A stretch of DNA of 49,508 nt from Catajapyx aquilonaris (GCA_000934665.2 JYFJ02000732.1:62001-111508), one strand, 5' to 3'; numbered from the stretch's first letter, positions 36,301 through 48,725 are shown. Numbers and translations are program-made. The notes: generated by a model from the letters alone, not told the origin.

Positions 36301-37429
36301 CCTTTGCCCAATGTGCACCTTCCCATGTACTTTCTGGTTTAATTAGGCTTGCATGAGCGGTAATTTTGAGTACATTAAAAACAGGGGGGGAAATCAAGTA
36401 TTAAAATCGCGCTTTTCAAGAAGTGACACGGTCTGTTCTAGGGAGGACGGGCACTCCAACACACAACATTTCATTTCCTTAAAAACATGAAGCACATAAA
36501 CAAAGCAACCTCACAAACTCTTTTATTTTTAGACAAATTATCGCCTTCACAATAATACATTATTTTAGTAATTGATCATTTATAATGTAATAATACGACA
36601 TATTTGGTCACTCCCCGCCCCCATCTCATTCCATTCCTCATCTTCGTCAAGTCCTCATGGACTGATTTTCTTGTATATTGACCTCATTTTTTATTGTTAC
36701 AATTTGGGAGTTGTACGGTATATACCAGAATATAATGTAAAAACTTCAAATAATATCCGTGGACTGAATTAGTGACAAGTTTATGCTGTCACAAAGTCAT
36801 CCAGCAAAACTAAGAAAGTTACCTAACACCCTCGTATCTCCTACAAACATTGTTCATTATCGCATCATCTTATATCATTCTTTAGCTCATGTCTGTATAT
36901 TCAGAAATACAGTATGTACCATATATTTGATGGCATATAAGACGCAGGACGATTTTTTGAGTCACTTTCTGGGGAGAAAAGTGCGTCTTTTGTGCTGTGA
37001 AGTACTGTGTCAGAGTTACGGTGACCCGACCATAAAGGCCCTGCGCCAACGCTGTGAACTGTATGAAGTACTGTAATTGTTTTACTCTCTTTGCACCTGT
37101 GCCGGTCGTTACTAGGGATAGTCCTCGAACACAGAGCCAACACACCTTGCACTTTGCAAACTTGGAATATGGGCAGGAGTATGACCGCCAACAATGATTG
37201 AGGAATGAGACATGCATGAGCCTTCCAAGCTGGCCTCTAGGTGGCATCTGCCCACCTACTGGGACCAGTTTTAGTCAGGTAGCTAATAATATTGTCGCGA
37301 GATATTAGAAAAACTTATTCCTCACACAGTCACACTTACTGTATTTCAACTGTATGAATTTGCATGTCAGTTTTCATTAGAGTTGAATCCTAAGTTTTTT
37401 TCTGTCTCACCTCACAAGTAAATGGGTTT

Positions 37430-38902
37430 TCATCCTGTATGAATTTGCATGTGAGTTTTCAACGTACTTGAATTACGGAATTTTTTCTGGCAGACCTCAC
37501 AAGTAAACGGTTTGTCTCCTGTATGAATTCGCATGTGAACTTTCAAGTTACTTGACAGACAAAAACTTTTCTGGCACACGTCACATGAAAATGGTTTGTC
37601 TCCTGTATGGATTAGCAGGTGACTTTTCAAACTATGTGAATAACGAAATTTTTTCTGGCACACCTCACAAGTGAATGGTTTTTCTCCCGTATGAATTAGC
37701 ATGTGACTTTTCAACTTATTGGAGTCACGAAATATTTTCTGGCAGCTCTCACAAGTAAATGGTTTTTGTCCCGTATGAATTTGCATGTGCTTTTTCAATG
37801 TACCTGAATCGCTAAATTTTTTCTGGCACACATCACAGGTAAATGGTTTTTCTCCGGTATGACTTCGGATGTGAATTTTCAACAAATTTGAATCACGAAA
37901 TTTTTTCTGGCACACATCACAGGTAAATGGTTTTTCTCCTGTATGATTTCGCATGTGAATTTTCAATCCATTTGTATCACGGAATGTTTTCTGGCACACC
38001 TCACAAATAAATGGCCTCTCTCCTGTATGAATTATCAGGTGATTTTTCAAACTATGTGAATAGCGAAAACTTTTCTGGCACACCTCACAGATGAATGGTT
38101 TTTCTCCCGTATGAATGAGCATGTGAATTTTCAGCTTATTGGACCCACGAAATATTTTCTGGCAGACTTCACAAGCAACTGGTTGTTCTGTATGGATTAG
38201 CATGTGCCTTTTGAAACTACTTGCATAACCAAATTGTATCTGGCACACCTCACAAGTGAATGGTTTTTCTCCTGTATGAATTCGCATGTGCCTTTTGAAA
38301 CTACCTGAAGCGCTAAATTGTTTCTGGCACACCTCACAAGTAAATGGCCTATCTACCATCGTATGACACTGCATGTGAGTTTTCAAATCGCTTGACTTGC
38401 GGAAAATTTCCTGGCAAATATGACAGGAATTTCTTCCCCTATGAAGTATCATGTGAATCTCCAATTCATGCAGAGAGCCGAATAATTGCTGGCATATTCC
38501 GCACTCATATGGGCAGCTCCTTCCCTTCTCGTCATTTTCTCCGGCGTCTTCATCGGTCTCTTGAAAGATCTATAATGTGAATCAGTTTAATGCAAATTTA
38601 CATTGCACTTTCAGCAGATGACATACCCCACTATTCCTTCCTGAACCAACAGCCAAAGGGTCATCTTCCTCGTCATCCTCCCTAGACGTGGCCACCACCA
38701 TCTCCTCCTCCTCCTCCTCCTCCAGTGGCTCCTTCTTGACCTCACGATGAGTGTCTTCCATGGGAGTAGAGTCGTTGTCCACCCATTCCGGGGTCTCCTC
38801 CTCTTTCATATTGGACTCCCAGCTGGTCTCTTCCACTGTGACCATCCCACCTCCTTCCTCCTCCTCCTTCACTTCCTCCTTTATCCTCAGGAGCAAAGAC
38901 AT
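37430..38902 (-). CDS. Gene 9: acidic module + 13 C2H2 zinc fingers
   Basis: Exons 38902-38627 and 38569-37430, 57-nt phase-0 intron. Confidence 0.9.
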
Positions 38903-39039
38903 GGTCCTCCACAGTGCCAACGACGATGTGTGGACGAGAGGGGAAGGGGGTAGAGTCCCTCCTCCTCCTCCAGGGACTGTGAGACGCGTTCAAACGAGTT
39001 CCATTCACCCGAAAAGAAGAATCGAAAGAATATTCTTAG

Positions 39040-39200
39040 GCGGCCATCTTTGATTTCTTCTTTTTTTTATTTTTTTTATGCAAATGAGGGTGCGTTCCTA
39101 CCCCCACGCCAGGGTGGAAGGATGGCCTTATGCGCTATTCATAGCGATAGTCGCTGCTACTGCTAAAGCACTGCGACTTCCTTCAATAACGCTATTCGCA
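39040..39200 (-). promoter_or_regulatory. Family core promoter copy with octamer (gene 9)
   Basis: GCGGCCATCTT, ATGCAAAT at 39078-39085 next to GAGGGTGCGTTCC, TCGCTGCTAC, AACGCTATT. Confidence 0.7.
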
Positions 39201-40752
39201 ACTTTTAATGAACAATTATTATTAAAAACTGGGTGGTACCATTTTTTTTGTAAATTATTTCACTCCTGTCTTTGGGTTTGTGTGGCCCATTCAGGTTCAT
39301 TACTGAAATTAACGCCCTGCTCGACAAACGTAGTGGGAGACATTTTTACCGGACCTCTCAGAAATTGACTGTCCAAGGTGTAATCATATTTATTTCAGTT
39401 GTTAACTGTCACATCATCGTTAACTTTGGTGTCCTCCTAACTCAATTTGTTATGATTCATAAATATCCATTCTAAAGCTCAGATAATCTTAATGGAGATT
39501 TTTTAATCACATTTTGTTTATTACCCCCACCACTGCACTCTTTTGGGGTGGGTTAACTGTATATTGGAGAAGGGAAGGTACTGTACAAGGGGAAAGATTC
39601 TCCAGTCGTGTAATATATGGTACCAAATAAATTGACATGATGCGCCAGCTGTGAAAATATCACAAAAGCAATAGGAATTATTCAAACACGCCATTTAAAA
39701 TAAAACAGTCAAAAACATGTGGAATCAGTATTTTCAATGCATCGAAATTCTACACAACACTGGCGTTTGTAACAGGATGCTTATCTGTTATAACCATAAT
39801 GATTGACATTGAATTGTCTAAGCGTCACATCATCATATGACATCACATCATTTGCCTTAAGGCAAATATGGAATGATGTGATGTGACCAATATTGCGTGT
39901 CCTTTTCTGTGCATTGGAATGTGTCTTTTCATGTTACTTCCCTGATTAAATTTATTCTGGTAACATTTGCAAAGAAGTGGTTTCAACCCAGTGCGCCAGT
40001 GCTGTGTGGTCGCATGTGATTCTTCAAATGACTGCGATGAAACTTATTTAGTCAAATTTCACGACTAAATGGTGAGACAGCAGTGTGCTGTCACATACAT
40101 CGTATGACCTTGCATATTACTTGCATGATAAATCTTTATCTTGCATATAAGGCAACTGTATGGTGCATCTTATGCGCGCACATTCCCAGAGGACATTTCC
40201 AAACTACTGCATATGAAGACCTCGGGGGGAGAAACGATCAAGGTCCACCTCAGGTCAAACAGAGATAATCTTATTTTAAATTTCGAATGCCCACAAGGCT
40301 CCATTGTAAATCCCACTTTCGAGGCCTTCCATTGTGACTATTATCATTACTCCACAACGACCTAACTATCATATTCTACACTAGTGAAACTATCTTCTGC
40401 GACATGTGTGACTATCTGCCGACCTGTAAGGGCGCTTTATTTGTGGCAAAAAAATAGATTGTAAATCATTTCAGTACGGCCCTCGTAACTCATTTTTGAC
40501 AAAAAGTGGATCTTGATGATCATTCTATCCCTGAGGTCTTCATATGGGTTACTGATATCCTTCTGGCAAATTTCACAGCCAAGAAGTCTCTCTCTTGTAC
40601 ATGACTTGTACGTACATGTGACTGATCAAATTACTCCCATGACAAAAAATGGTCACAAATAAATGGCCTCTCTCCTGTTTCAATTCACAAGAATTTTCCA
40701 ATTGTGTGGATTACAATATTCTATTACATACCTCACAAACATATGGTTTGTC

Positions 40753-41901
40753 TCATGTATGAATTCGTGTGTGCCTTTTCAAATTATGTGAATCACCAAA
40801 TTTTTTCTGGCACACCTCACAAGTGAATGATTTTTCACCAGTATGAATGCGCATGTGCTTTTTCAAATTATGTGAATCACCAAATTTTTTCTGGCAGACC
40901 TCACAAGTAAATGGTTTTTCGCCTGTATGATTTCGCATGTGAATTTTCAACTCAGTGGAATCACGAAATGTTTTCTGGCACACATCACAAATAATTGGCC
41001 TCTCTCCAGTATGAATTAGCAGGTGCCTTCTCAAACAATGTGAACGACTAAATTTTTTCTTGCACACCTCACAAGTGAATGGTTTTTCTCCTGTGTGAAT
41101 TTGCATATGAGTTTTTAAATTACTGGCATTACCAAACTTTTTCTGGCACACCTCACACTGAAACAGTCTCTCTCCTGTATGAATCAGCATGTGCCTTTTC
41201 AAAACCCTTGATTGACGAAAAATTTTCTGGCACACCGCACATTTAAATGGCCTATCTTCCATATGACATTGCATGTGAGTTTTCAAATCGCTTGACTTGC
41301 GAAAAATATCCTGGCAAATACGGCAGGCATTTTTCCCCCTATGAATTAACACGTGAATTTCCAATTTACGCAGCAGACCAAATAATTGCTGGCATATTCT
41401 GCACTCGTATGGGCTTCTTCCAGAGCAGATGTTCCTCCCCTCCCCTTCCTTTTCTCCTCCATCTTCACCGGTCTCTTGAAAGATCTAAAATGCGAATCAG
41501 ATAATTGCAAATTTACATTGCACTTTCAGCAGACGACATACCCCACTAGTCCTTCCAGAACCTCCAGCCAAAGGGTCATCTTCCTCTTCAACCTCCCCTG
41601 ACATGTCCACAACCATCTCCTCCTCCGCTTCCTCCTTCTTGATCTCGAGGGGAGTGTCTTCCATGAGAGTAGAGCCCCCATCAAAGCAAGAAGGGGTCTC
41701 CTCCTTCAAGGGAATCTGCCAGGTCTCCTCCACTGTGATGTCCTCTTCTTCTTCCTTCACTTCTTCTTTCTTTATAAGAGTAGAGTCCCCATCGAAGCAG
41801 GACGGGGTCTCCTCCTTCAACCGCAGCCTCCAAGTCTCCTCATCCACTGTGACGTCCTCCTCATCCTCCTCCTCCTTCTTTATCCTCACTGGCTGTGACA
41901 T
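40753..41901 (-). CDS. Gene 10: internally duplicated acidic module + 8 C2H2 zinc fingers
   Basis: Exons 41901-41542 and 41484-40753, 57-nt phase-0 intron. The stop falls in a linker (HT*DKP). Confidence 0.88.
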
Positions 41902-42183
41902 GGTCCTGCAAAACACAAGGGTGGAGGTCATGTAGTCATGTCAAGTACCACACAAATCAAAGGGGCAGCTGAAGAGGAGGGACACTTTCTCTCCGAACCT
42001 TTCCTCTTCTTCTTCCCTCCTCACCAGTCCACCTCCCTCATCCAGAGTCCCGATGAGGCCCGGAAAGGGGAAGGGGGAAGAGTCCCTCACCCTCCGGGTT
42101 CCAATCGAACTGATTCCACGGAATCAGACGGGTCCAAACGAGTTCCATTGGCCAAAAAAGGAGAATCAACAGAATATTCTCAG

Positions 42184-42330
42184 GCGGCCATCTTTTTTAT
42201 GCAAATGAGGGTGCGTTCCTGTCGCCGCACCACAGTGGAAGGACGGGCTTATGCGCTATCACTCTACTCCAGAATCACCGCTATCTCTGCAGAACCGCTA
42301 CTTCCTCCAACAACGCTATTCGCAAATTGT
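42184..42330 (-). promoter_or_regulatory. Family core promoter copy with octamer (gene 10)
   Basis: GCGGCCATCTT, ATGCAAAT at 42199-42206, GGGTGCGTTCC, AACCGCTAC. Confidence 0.7.
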
Positions 42331-42673
42331 TACTGTACTTGTCTGCAATACCCTATGCGTACTAATACATAATTAGTGCAAGGAAAAAAACAACAACTAA
42401 ATAATCTGAGAGTTTTCAACTTTAAAAAATTACACAAAAAATCTGCTCCCTTTGAAATAATAATCTCTTATTATAAAGCAGAGTTTGTAATTAAGTGTTA
42501 TGCACCACATTACTGAGCACAACATGCACATAGTTTAAATATTATCAATCACCCAAGCCAGGCTGAAGAACCATTGTAAATTAAATTGCAAACTGCGTTT
42601 GAAAAATCTTACGTTATCTTGCAGTACATAAAAATTATGCTTGCATTGTTTTGAAATAATATCACCACAACAT

Positions 42674-42745
42674 GTACTATATCGCTCAAAAACATAGAGA
42701 TGATTTTGCATTTATCGTCTCTTATATTTTTGAGCGATATAGTAC
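42674..42745. repeat. Short palindrome or MITE remnant
   Basis: GTACTATATCGCTCAAAAA ... TTTTTGAGCGATATAGTAC. Confidence 0.7.
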
Positions 42746-42866
42746 CACTTTCACTGGTGGTAACATTTATATTTTCACATGAGTCCATGTGTGACTGTTT
42801 TATACTTTTAGAAGCCTAATATGGTGCATCAATAAATTGTTTGTGGCATGGCTCAAAAATAAATGA

Positions 42867-43265
42867 TCACTCGGTTGGATGAATTCGCTTGTGCCGTTTC
42901 AAATGACTTGAACTGAGGAATTTCTCCTGGCACACCTCACAATGAAACGGCCTGTCTCCCGTATGAATTTGCCCATGCTGTTTCAAACTTCTAGCATTAC
43001 ACAGTTTTTTCTTGCACACCCCACACTGAAATTGACTCTCTCTGGTGTGAATTTGCATGTGAGATTTCAACTCATGGGCATAACGAAAAATGTTCTTGCA
43101 CACCTCACAAATGAATGGTTCCTCTCCTGTGTGACTTCGCATGTTAGATTTCAAACTGGTTAAATTTCGAAATTCTTTCTGGCAAATACGGCAGTAATGT
43201 TTTTCACTATGAATAATAATTAACATGTGAATTTCCAATTTATGCAGAGAACCAAATACTGCTAC
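42867..43265 (-). pseudogene. Orphan 5'-truncated C2H2 array related to exon 2 of genes 9/10
   Basis: Starts mid-finger (FGSLHKLEIHM). One finger has His replaced by Asn (LKSNMRSH). No in-frame acceptor or own acidic exon found. Confidence 0.65.
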
Positions 43266-43486
43266 TCTCCCATTGGATCAAGCTGGAACAGAATTTGGGC
43301 TCATTTTCGACCCTAATAAATTTTGCTAATTTAGGTGGTGCACTTGTGCGGGTAACATACCACATTGAATGGCATGACATGCAGGTTGTGAAGATATCAC
43401 AAGTGTGAAAGTAGGTCAAACATGTCTCTAAATAAAACACCATAAACAGGTGAAAAATATTACTTTTTCAAAATGCATTTGACATT

Positions 43487-43489
<3 letters not shown>

Positions 43490-43548
<59 letters not shown>

Positions 43549-43887
43549 CCTTGGGTAGTGCCTGACCCTATATAGGGTATGCGGCACGGACCTTTATTAT
43601 ACTTGAAGTACAATGCAGTACAATGCTGGAACCTTGAGCGAATCGCCCGGACCCACGGGCAGGATGACAGGAGGGGATGTGCAAGGTGCAGTGCAATGTC
43701 TTAATGTGGCCATTTTTAGTGAACTCCCCCGGGTGGTTTAGTCTGTAGGAAATACCACCCGAGACGAAGCCAGAGGTGACCCTGAACTCTGCACGAGATG
43801 AAGGGGGTGTCCCCGGGCTGGGATCGAACCCGGGACCTTAACATCCGTGGGCGCATACGTTACCGCAGCACCACTCCGCCTCCCCCT
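43490..43887 (-). mobile_element. tRNA-derived SINE with (ATT)n tail
   Basis: A box-like TGGTGCTGCGG, B box GGTTCGATCCC (43830-43820), tail 43488-43548, 13-bp TSD ATTTGACATTGTA at 43477-43489 and 43888-43900. Confidence 0.9.
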
Positions 43888-44273
43888 ATTTGACATTGTA
43901 CAAAACACTGCTGGCAAAGAATTCTCATTGATTACCACAATTACGATTGACATTAAATTATTGCTTCATGCCAATTTGCAATGATGGGCAATGTTCCCCA
44001 TATGGCTTTTCTGTACCTTCGCATATTATTACTTGGTGATGATACTTCATCTGGCAATATTTGGAACTGAAGGATTTCTCTCAGGCATGGTGGCAAATGA
44101 ATTTTGAAATAAATACATATGTTTGGTAAACTTCGCAACCAAATGGTGTCTCTGAACAGTCTCACATGCGCTTACACAATATATTATTACTTGTGCTTAT
44201 ATCACAAGGCTTATTCTTTCAAACAGTGCAAATTTATGAATTCACATTAGTTTTCCAATTATGAGATTACAAA

Positions 44274-44552
44274 TTTATTTTATTTATTTTTAATGATATT
44301 ACCCCAATAAGTGAATCGGCGCTCCATTAGGGGGGTAGAATACCACCATTTCACCACTCAATCCTTCCTAAATTTTCTTCTCATAAGGATGGGGCCAAGG
44401 ATAAGGAGAGAAGGAAGTGTAGCCTATTGTACGGAAGCGACCCAGGAATTGTCCTTGGAGGGCCATGGAAAACCACAGAAAACCCCGGTCAGGATCGCCG
44501 GCCCTGGGAATCGAACCCAGGACCTCCCAATTACCAGTCAACCTGCTTCGGT
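44274..44552 (-). mobile_element. Second SINE family, 5' end incomplete
   Basis: B box GGTTCGATTCCC, core GGAAAACCACAGAAAACC on +, short A-rich tail, 16-bp TSD ATTATGAGATTACAAA at 44258-44273 and 44553-44568. Confidence 0.85.
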
Positions 44553-44691
44553 ATTATGAGATTACAAAATATTAATAATAAAAATAAAAATAAAAATAAA
44601 ATAAAATATGGCACAGTTCAAATATAAACGATTTCTTTCATTAATGAATTCGCATATGTTTTTTTAAGTGATTTGATTGGCTAAACTCTTT

Positions 44692-47600
44692 CTAGCAGAC
44701 CTCACTAGTGAATGGTTTTTCTCCTGTATGGATTTGCTTGTGCCTTCTTAAATTACTTGAATTACGAAATTCTTTCTGGCAAACCTCACAAGTAAAGGGT
44801 TTTTCTCCTGTATGGATTTGCTTGTGAACTTTCAACCTACTGGAATTACGAAATTTTTTCTGGCACACCTCACAAGTAAAGAGTTTTTCTCCTGTATGGA
44901 TTTGCTTGTGCCCTCTTAAATTACTTGAATTACGAAATTCTTTCTGGCAAACCTCACATGTAAAGGGTTTTTCTCCTGTATGAATACGCAAGTGAACTTT
45001 CAACCTACTTGAATTACGAAACTTTTTCTGGCACACCTCACAAGTGAATGGTTTTTCTCCTGTGTGACTCTGCATGTGAGTCTTCAACTTATTTGATTCA
45101 GGAAATTTTTTGTGGCACACCTCACAAGTGAATGGTTTTACTCCTGTATGGATTCGCATGTGCCTTTTTAAATGACTTGACCTGCGAAAATTTTTCTGGC
45201 ATATGCTGCACTCAAATGGCTTTTTTATATCACATAATCCTCTACTCATTTCCTCTCGGATCCCACTCTCTTCAACTCCGTCTTCACTCCTCACTTGCAG
45301 AACCTGGAATGTAAATTATAGGACATCAATTTCTACACGCTTTCCACCTCCTGTTGGTCATCTGGAAGGCATCCCTTGGTATGAAAGCTCAAGTGGCAGT
45401 CTCACAGATCAACAGACTGTACAATCACATATTTTAGTTAGTACATGAAATGTGGGAATGACAGAAAATAATAATAACGTCTCTGTTGGAAGGACAAAGG
45501 ACATGTGGGGCTCTTGCTGTAAAACTGGGGCCACATGGATTTTGTCTGAAACCAGATCAGTTGATAGGCCCTCACCCTAATTGCTCTGAAGGCCAAAAAT
45601 GATATATGATACCGTTTGTTCATTAGAGGCGCTCCCAATGGGCTCATTTTCATAATGTTGTAGAATGTAGTGTGTCTGATGTTGAGTCGAATGGGCTGTG
45701 AGCTGATTCTCTGTGATAAACCATTTGGAAGTTGTTGTTGTATCGCACTTGCAGTCCCTGTACAAGGTACGATGTTGAACTCAGTTAAGCATCTAGTGCT
45801 GCATGGCGTTTGGTGCACAATAGTCCATGAGTTCACGGAAAGAGAAAATGAATGATTTTTTTTGTTCCCCCGGCATGTAATTTACGAGTGAGCCATTGCC
45901 TTACCCCAGGGCCTGAGTTTCTTTTTCCCCTTTTCCAGTTCCGGAAAAGGGGAAAAAGAACTCAGGCCCTGGGGTAATAAGGCAATGGCTCAAACATTCC
46001 GTCGTCAAGAGGTTAAAAAACTGGAATTCTTTTTGCTTTACAAACGTCCACGGAGTTGGCAGTTTGGCACCACTGCACTGATATTAAAACAACATCCCGA
46101 CCGTGGTAGTCCAGTGTTCGGCTTGTTTACGGCTTCCATTATTTTCCCCCTCCTCTGTTATTGTGAGGTCACCGTGAATAAGACGTGGGTAGAAGGGTAG
46201 GTGGAAGGGGCAAAGGGGTCTTCACGGGAGAGGAGAATGGTGGGTCCTCGTTGACGTCCAGCAAGCGACTGTGGCGTTCTCCCACCCACTGCGCATGCTC
46301 GGAACGGGGGCCAATCGGAGGCGCCGTGGTAACAGTGCGTCATGGATACGATGCAGCAACAATGGACGGGGGCCAATAGGAGGAGGCGGCGGCGGCAACA
46401 ATACGGGGGCGGACCAATCAGAGGGCTCGGCCCCCGTCCGCAAGGATTTTAATATTATAGATGGCTTTTTCTGTTGAGCTATGGTTGATTATTATCCATT
46501 GTTGTCCCTTAATAACTATGGTGACGACACTGTCAGCAGAGAAGTTAAATGAGGCTTCTGGGCTCTCCACCTGTCATCCGAGCAGCTTTGTTCCTTCTCA
46601 GGGCTCCGTGGCAGAAGTGCCTGCTGCTTGCCTGCTACTGTTCGCCCTGGGGTGGCCCCAGGAAGGGGATGGCAGGAGTCGGAATGAGCCCTTTGGCCAC
46701 GCCCCTTTTTGCGCCAATTTGGGTGACTTTTAAACCCACGATAATTAATGGAGGAGTGACATTTTGAGGTGTGATTGAGCTATTCATGTACCAATTTTCC
46801 AAATCCACACCAAGGCTAGGGTCCCATTCATAGCAAACGGGCTGATCCATACTATCTTACAGAGAGAGCAATCGCTTACAGCAAGAGCTAATAACTGAGA
46901 GCCTCCGAGTGCCCTATCCCTGCCGTATTGCATGGTTCCCGAACCTCTCCGCGGAACTGGCGACTCCCCAGACGGGCACGGCCAAATGTAGGCAGCTGAT
47001 TTACACGGGAGGGACCATATCCCGTCTGTCGTCATCACGGTAGTCCCGCCCGACCCCTCCAACCACTCCACCACGGTGATTGAGGCAGCCCCCCCTCCTT
47101 GGAAGAAGGGCCTGCCCATTCGGCCAGTGGCCAATCAGAGACCAGTTTCTTCAGAGGCCCAGAATGGGACACATGGGCTCCTCTTCAGACTAGAAGGTCC
47201 GTGGGGGGCGGGGGGAGGTCAAAGTTGGGGATGAGATTCCCAAAATAGACTGGATCGCCTGGGGGGCACAAACCAGCCGGGCAAGTCAATGGTTTGGGCT
47301 TGGTCATGGCAGCTAGGAGGGGGTCAGATATCATGCTAGATCTACTTTTGACATGCCTGGTATGAATCAGGTATGAAGATATAGGTTTTCGACACCTTAG
47401 AATTCATATTTGCTGTCAAAAGTGCAAAAAGGTGCGTCTTTAAAAAAGTAGCCGGATTAGTTTAGAAAGGCCTCTACCCCCACCTGATATAAGCCGGAGC
47501 CCCTTATTCCTAATCTACCCTCCTTGGGGTCTCTGAGACCCTTATTCCTAATCTACCCTCCTTGGGCGTATCAGGTGGGGGTAGTGGCCTTTCTAAACTA

Positions 47601-48683
47601 ATCCGGCAACTTTTTTAAAGACACACCTTTTTGCACGTTTGACAGCAAATATGAATTCTAAGGTGTCGAAAACCTATATCTTCATACCTGATTCATACCA
47701 GGCATGTCAAAAGTAGATCTAGCATGATAACTTCAACAAGTTTTCTTAATATACACACGGGTTTCCGTGGGCCTGTTTGTGACATGCCTGGTACGAATCG
47801 AGTATGAAAAGATAGGTTTTCGACACCTTAGAATTGATATTTGCCGTCAAAAATGCAAAAAGGTGCGTCCTTAAAAAAGTTTGCGGATTAAGGTTCACTT
47901 CCCTACCTGTGATAAGCCCGAGGAGGATAGATTAGGGAGGGTGTGACTTATCTTACCCCATTCTGGGCAGGGGGGTCAAAGACCAGGAGCCCTGGGGCCT
48001 TTCTTCGCACCCACCCGGACCAAAGGTGATAAGTGAGGAACAGAAAGAGTTGACCCCCTGAAGAAGCCACGCCTCTGTAGGAGGGACAAAGGTTCCCTTC
48101 TTGGTTCGGTCTAGTCGCGCCAGAGGGAAACTAATCTCAACACTTCCCTGGTCCATCAGAGGTTCAGTCACGGCAAAGGACTTGTCACATGCTCTCAGTT
48201 ATTAGCTCTTGCTTACAGTTGAAATAGGCAAACATCATGCAGATGCTGCAAGGGGAACAATTTACGTACAGTGGTTGAATACGTGTAGCAGGAGTGTGGA
48301 TATTTCTATAATATCTTTCCATGCCCAGGTGTTTGATTAGGAATGATGATTTGATGTGGCTTTGGTGTAAAATTATACTGCAAATTCAGAAGATTGCATA
48401 CCCTACTAGTCCTTCCAGAACCTCCTGCCAACGGGTCGTCTTCCTCATCACCCTCTCTGGGCATGTCCACCACCATCTCCTCCTCCACCTCCTCCTCCTC
48501 TGCTTCTTCCTTCTTGATCTCAAGGAGAGTGTCTTCTATGAGAGTGGAGCCACCATCAAAGGAACAAGGGGTCTCCTCCTTCACCCTTAGCCTCCAACTC
48601 TCCTCGTCCACTGTGATGTCCTCCTCATCTTCCTCCTCCTCCTTCACTTCCCCTACCTTCTTCATCCTCAGGATGAAAGACAT
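44692..48683 (-). CDS. Gene 11: acidic module + 6 C2H2 zinc fingers, with a 3.1-kb insertion-rich intron
   Basis: Exons 48683-48402 and 45303-44692, phase 0 (agg|gtatgc ... ttccag|). Fingers 3-4 and 5-6 are a tandem duplication. Confidence 0.82.
45890..45991. repeat. Near-perfect hairpin of about 100 nt
   Basis: GAGCCATTGCCTTACCCCAGGGCCTGAG...TTTTCC, 6-nt loop, then GGAAAA...CTCAGGCCCTGGGGTAATAAGGCAATGGCTC. Confidence 0.9.
46882..48211. mobile_element. Non-autonomous TIR element, P-superfamily-like
   Basis: Perfect 21-bp TIRs CAAGAGCTAATAACTGAGAGC at 46882-46902 and 48191-48211. 7-bp TSD CTTACAG at 46875-46881 and 48212-48218. Confidence 0.82.
47329..47729. repeat. About 160-bp inverted repeat inside the P-like element
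   Basis: Arms 47329-47489 and 47569-47729. The spacer has a duplicated CCCTTATTCCTAATCTACCCTCCTTGGG. A third diverged arm copy lies at about 47780-47890. Confidence 0.9.
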
Positions 48684-48725
48684 GGTCCTGCAAAACACAA
48701 TCGAAACGGAATAAAATAAATCTCA

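Noticed and set aside
43810..43887. tRNA gene
   Set aside because: The A/B boxes continue into a 400-bp body with an (ATT)n tail and a 13-bp TSD, so it is a SINE head.
3890..48683. A single mod(mdg4)/lola-type locus with one common exon and many alternative 3' exons
   Set aside because: Nearly every DNA-binding module has its own promoter copy and acidic exon, which favours separate tandem genes. Cross-gene splicing via shared phase 0 cannot be excluded.
6681..48714. Ser-rich plus-strand ORFs (e.g. 6681, 11762, 12793, 18565, 35064, 38751, 41603, 48394)
   Set aside because: They are antisense shadows of the Glu-rich minus-strand exons.
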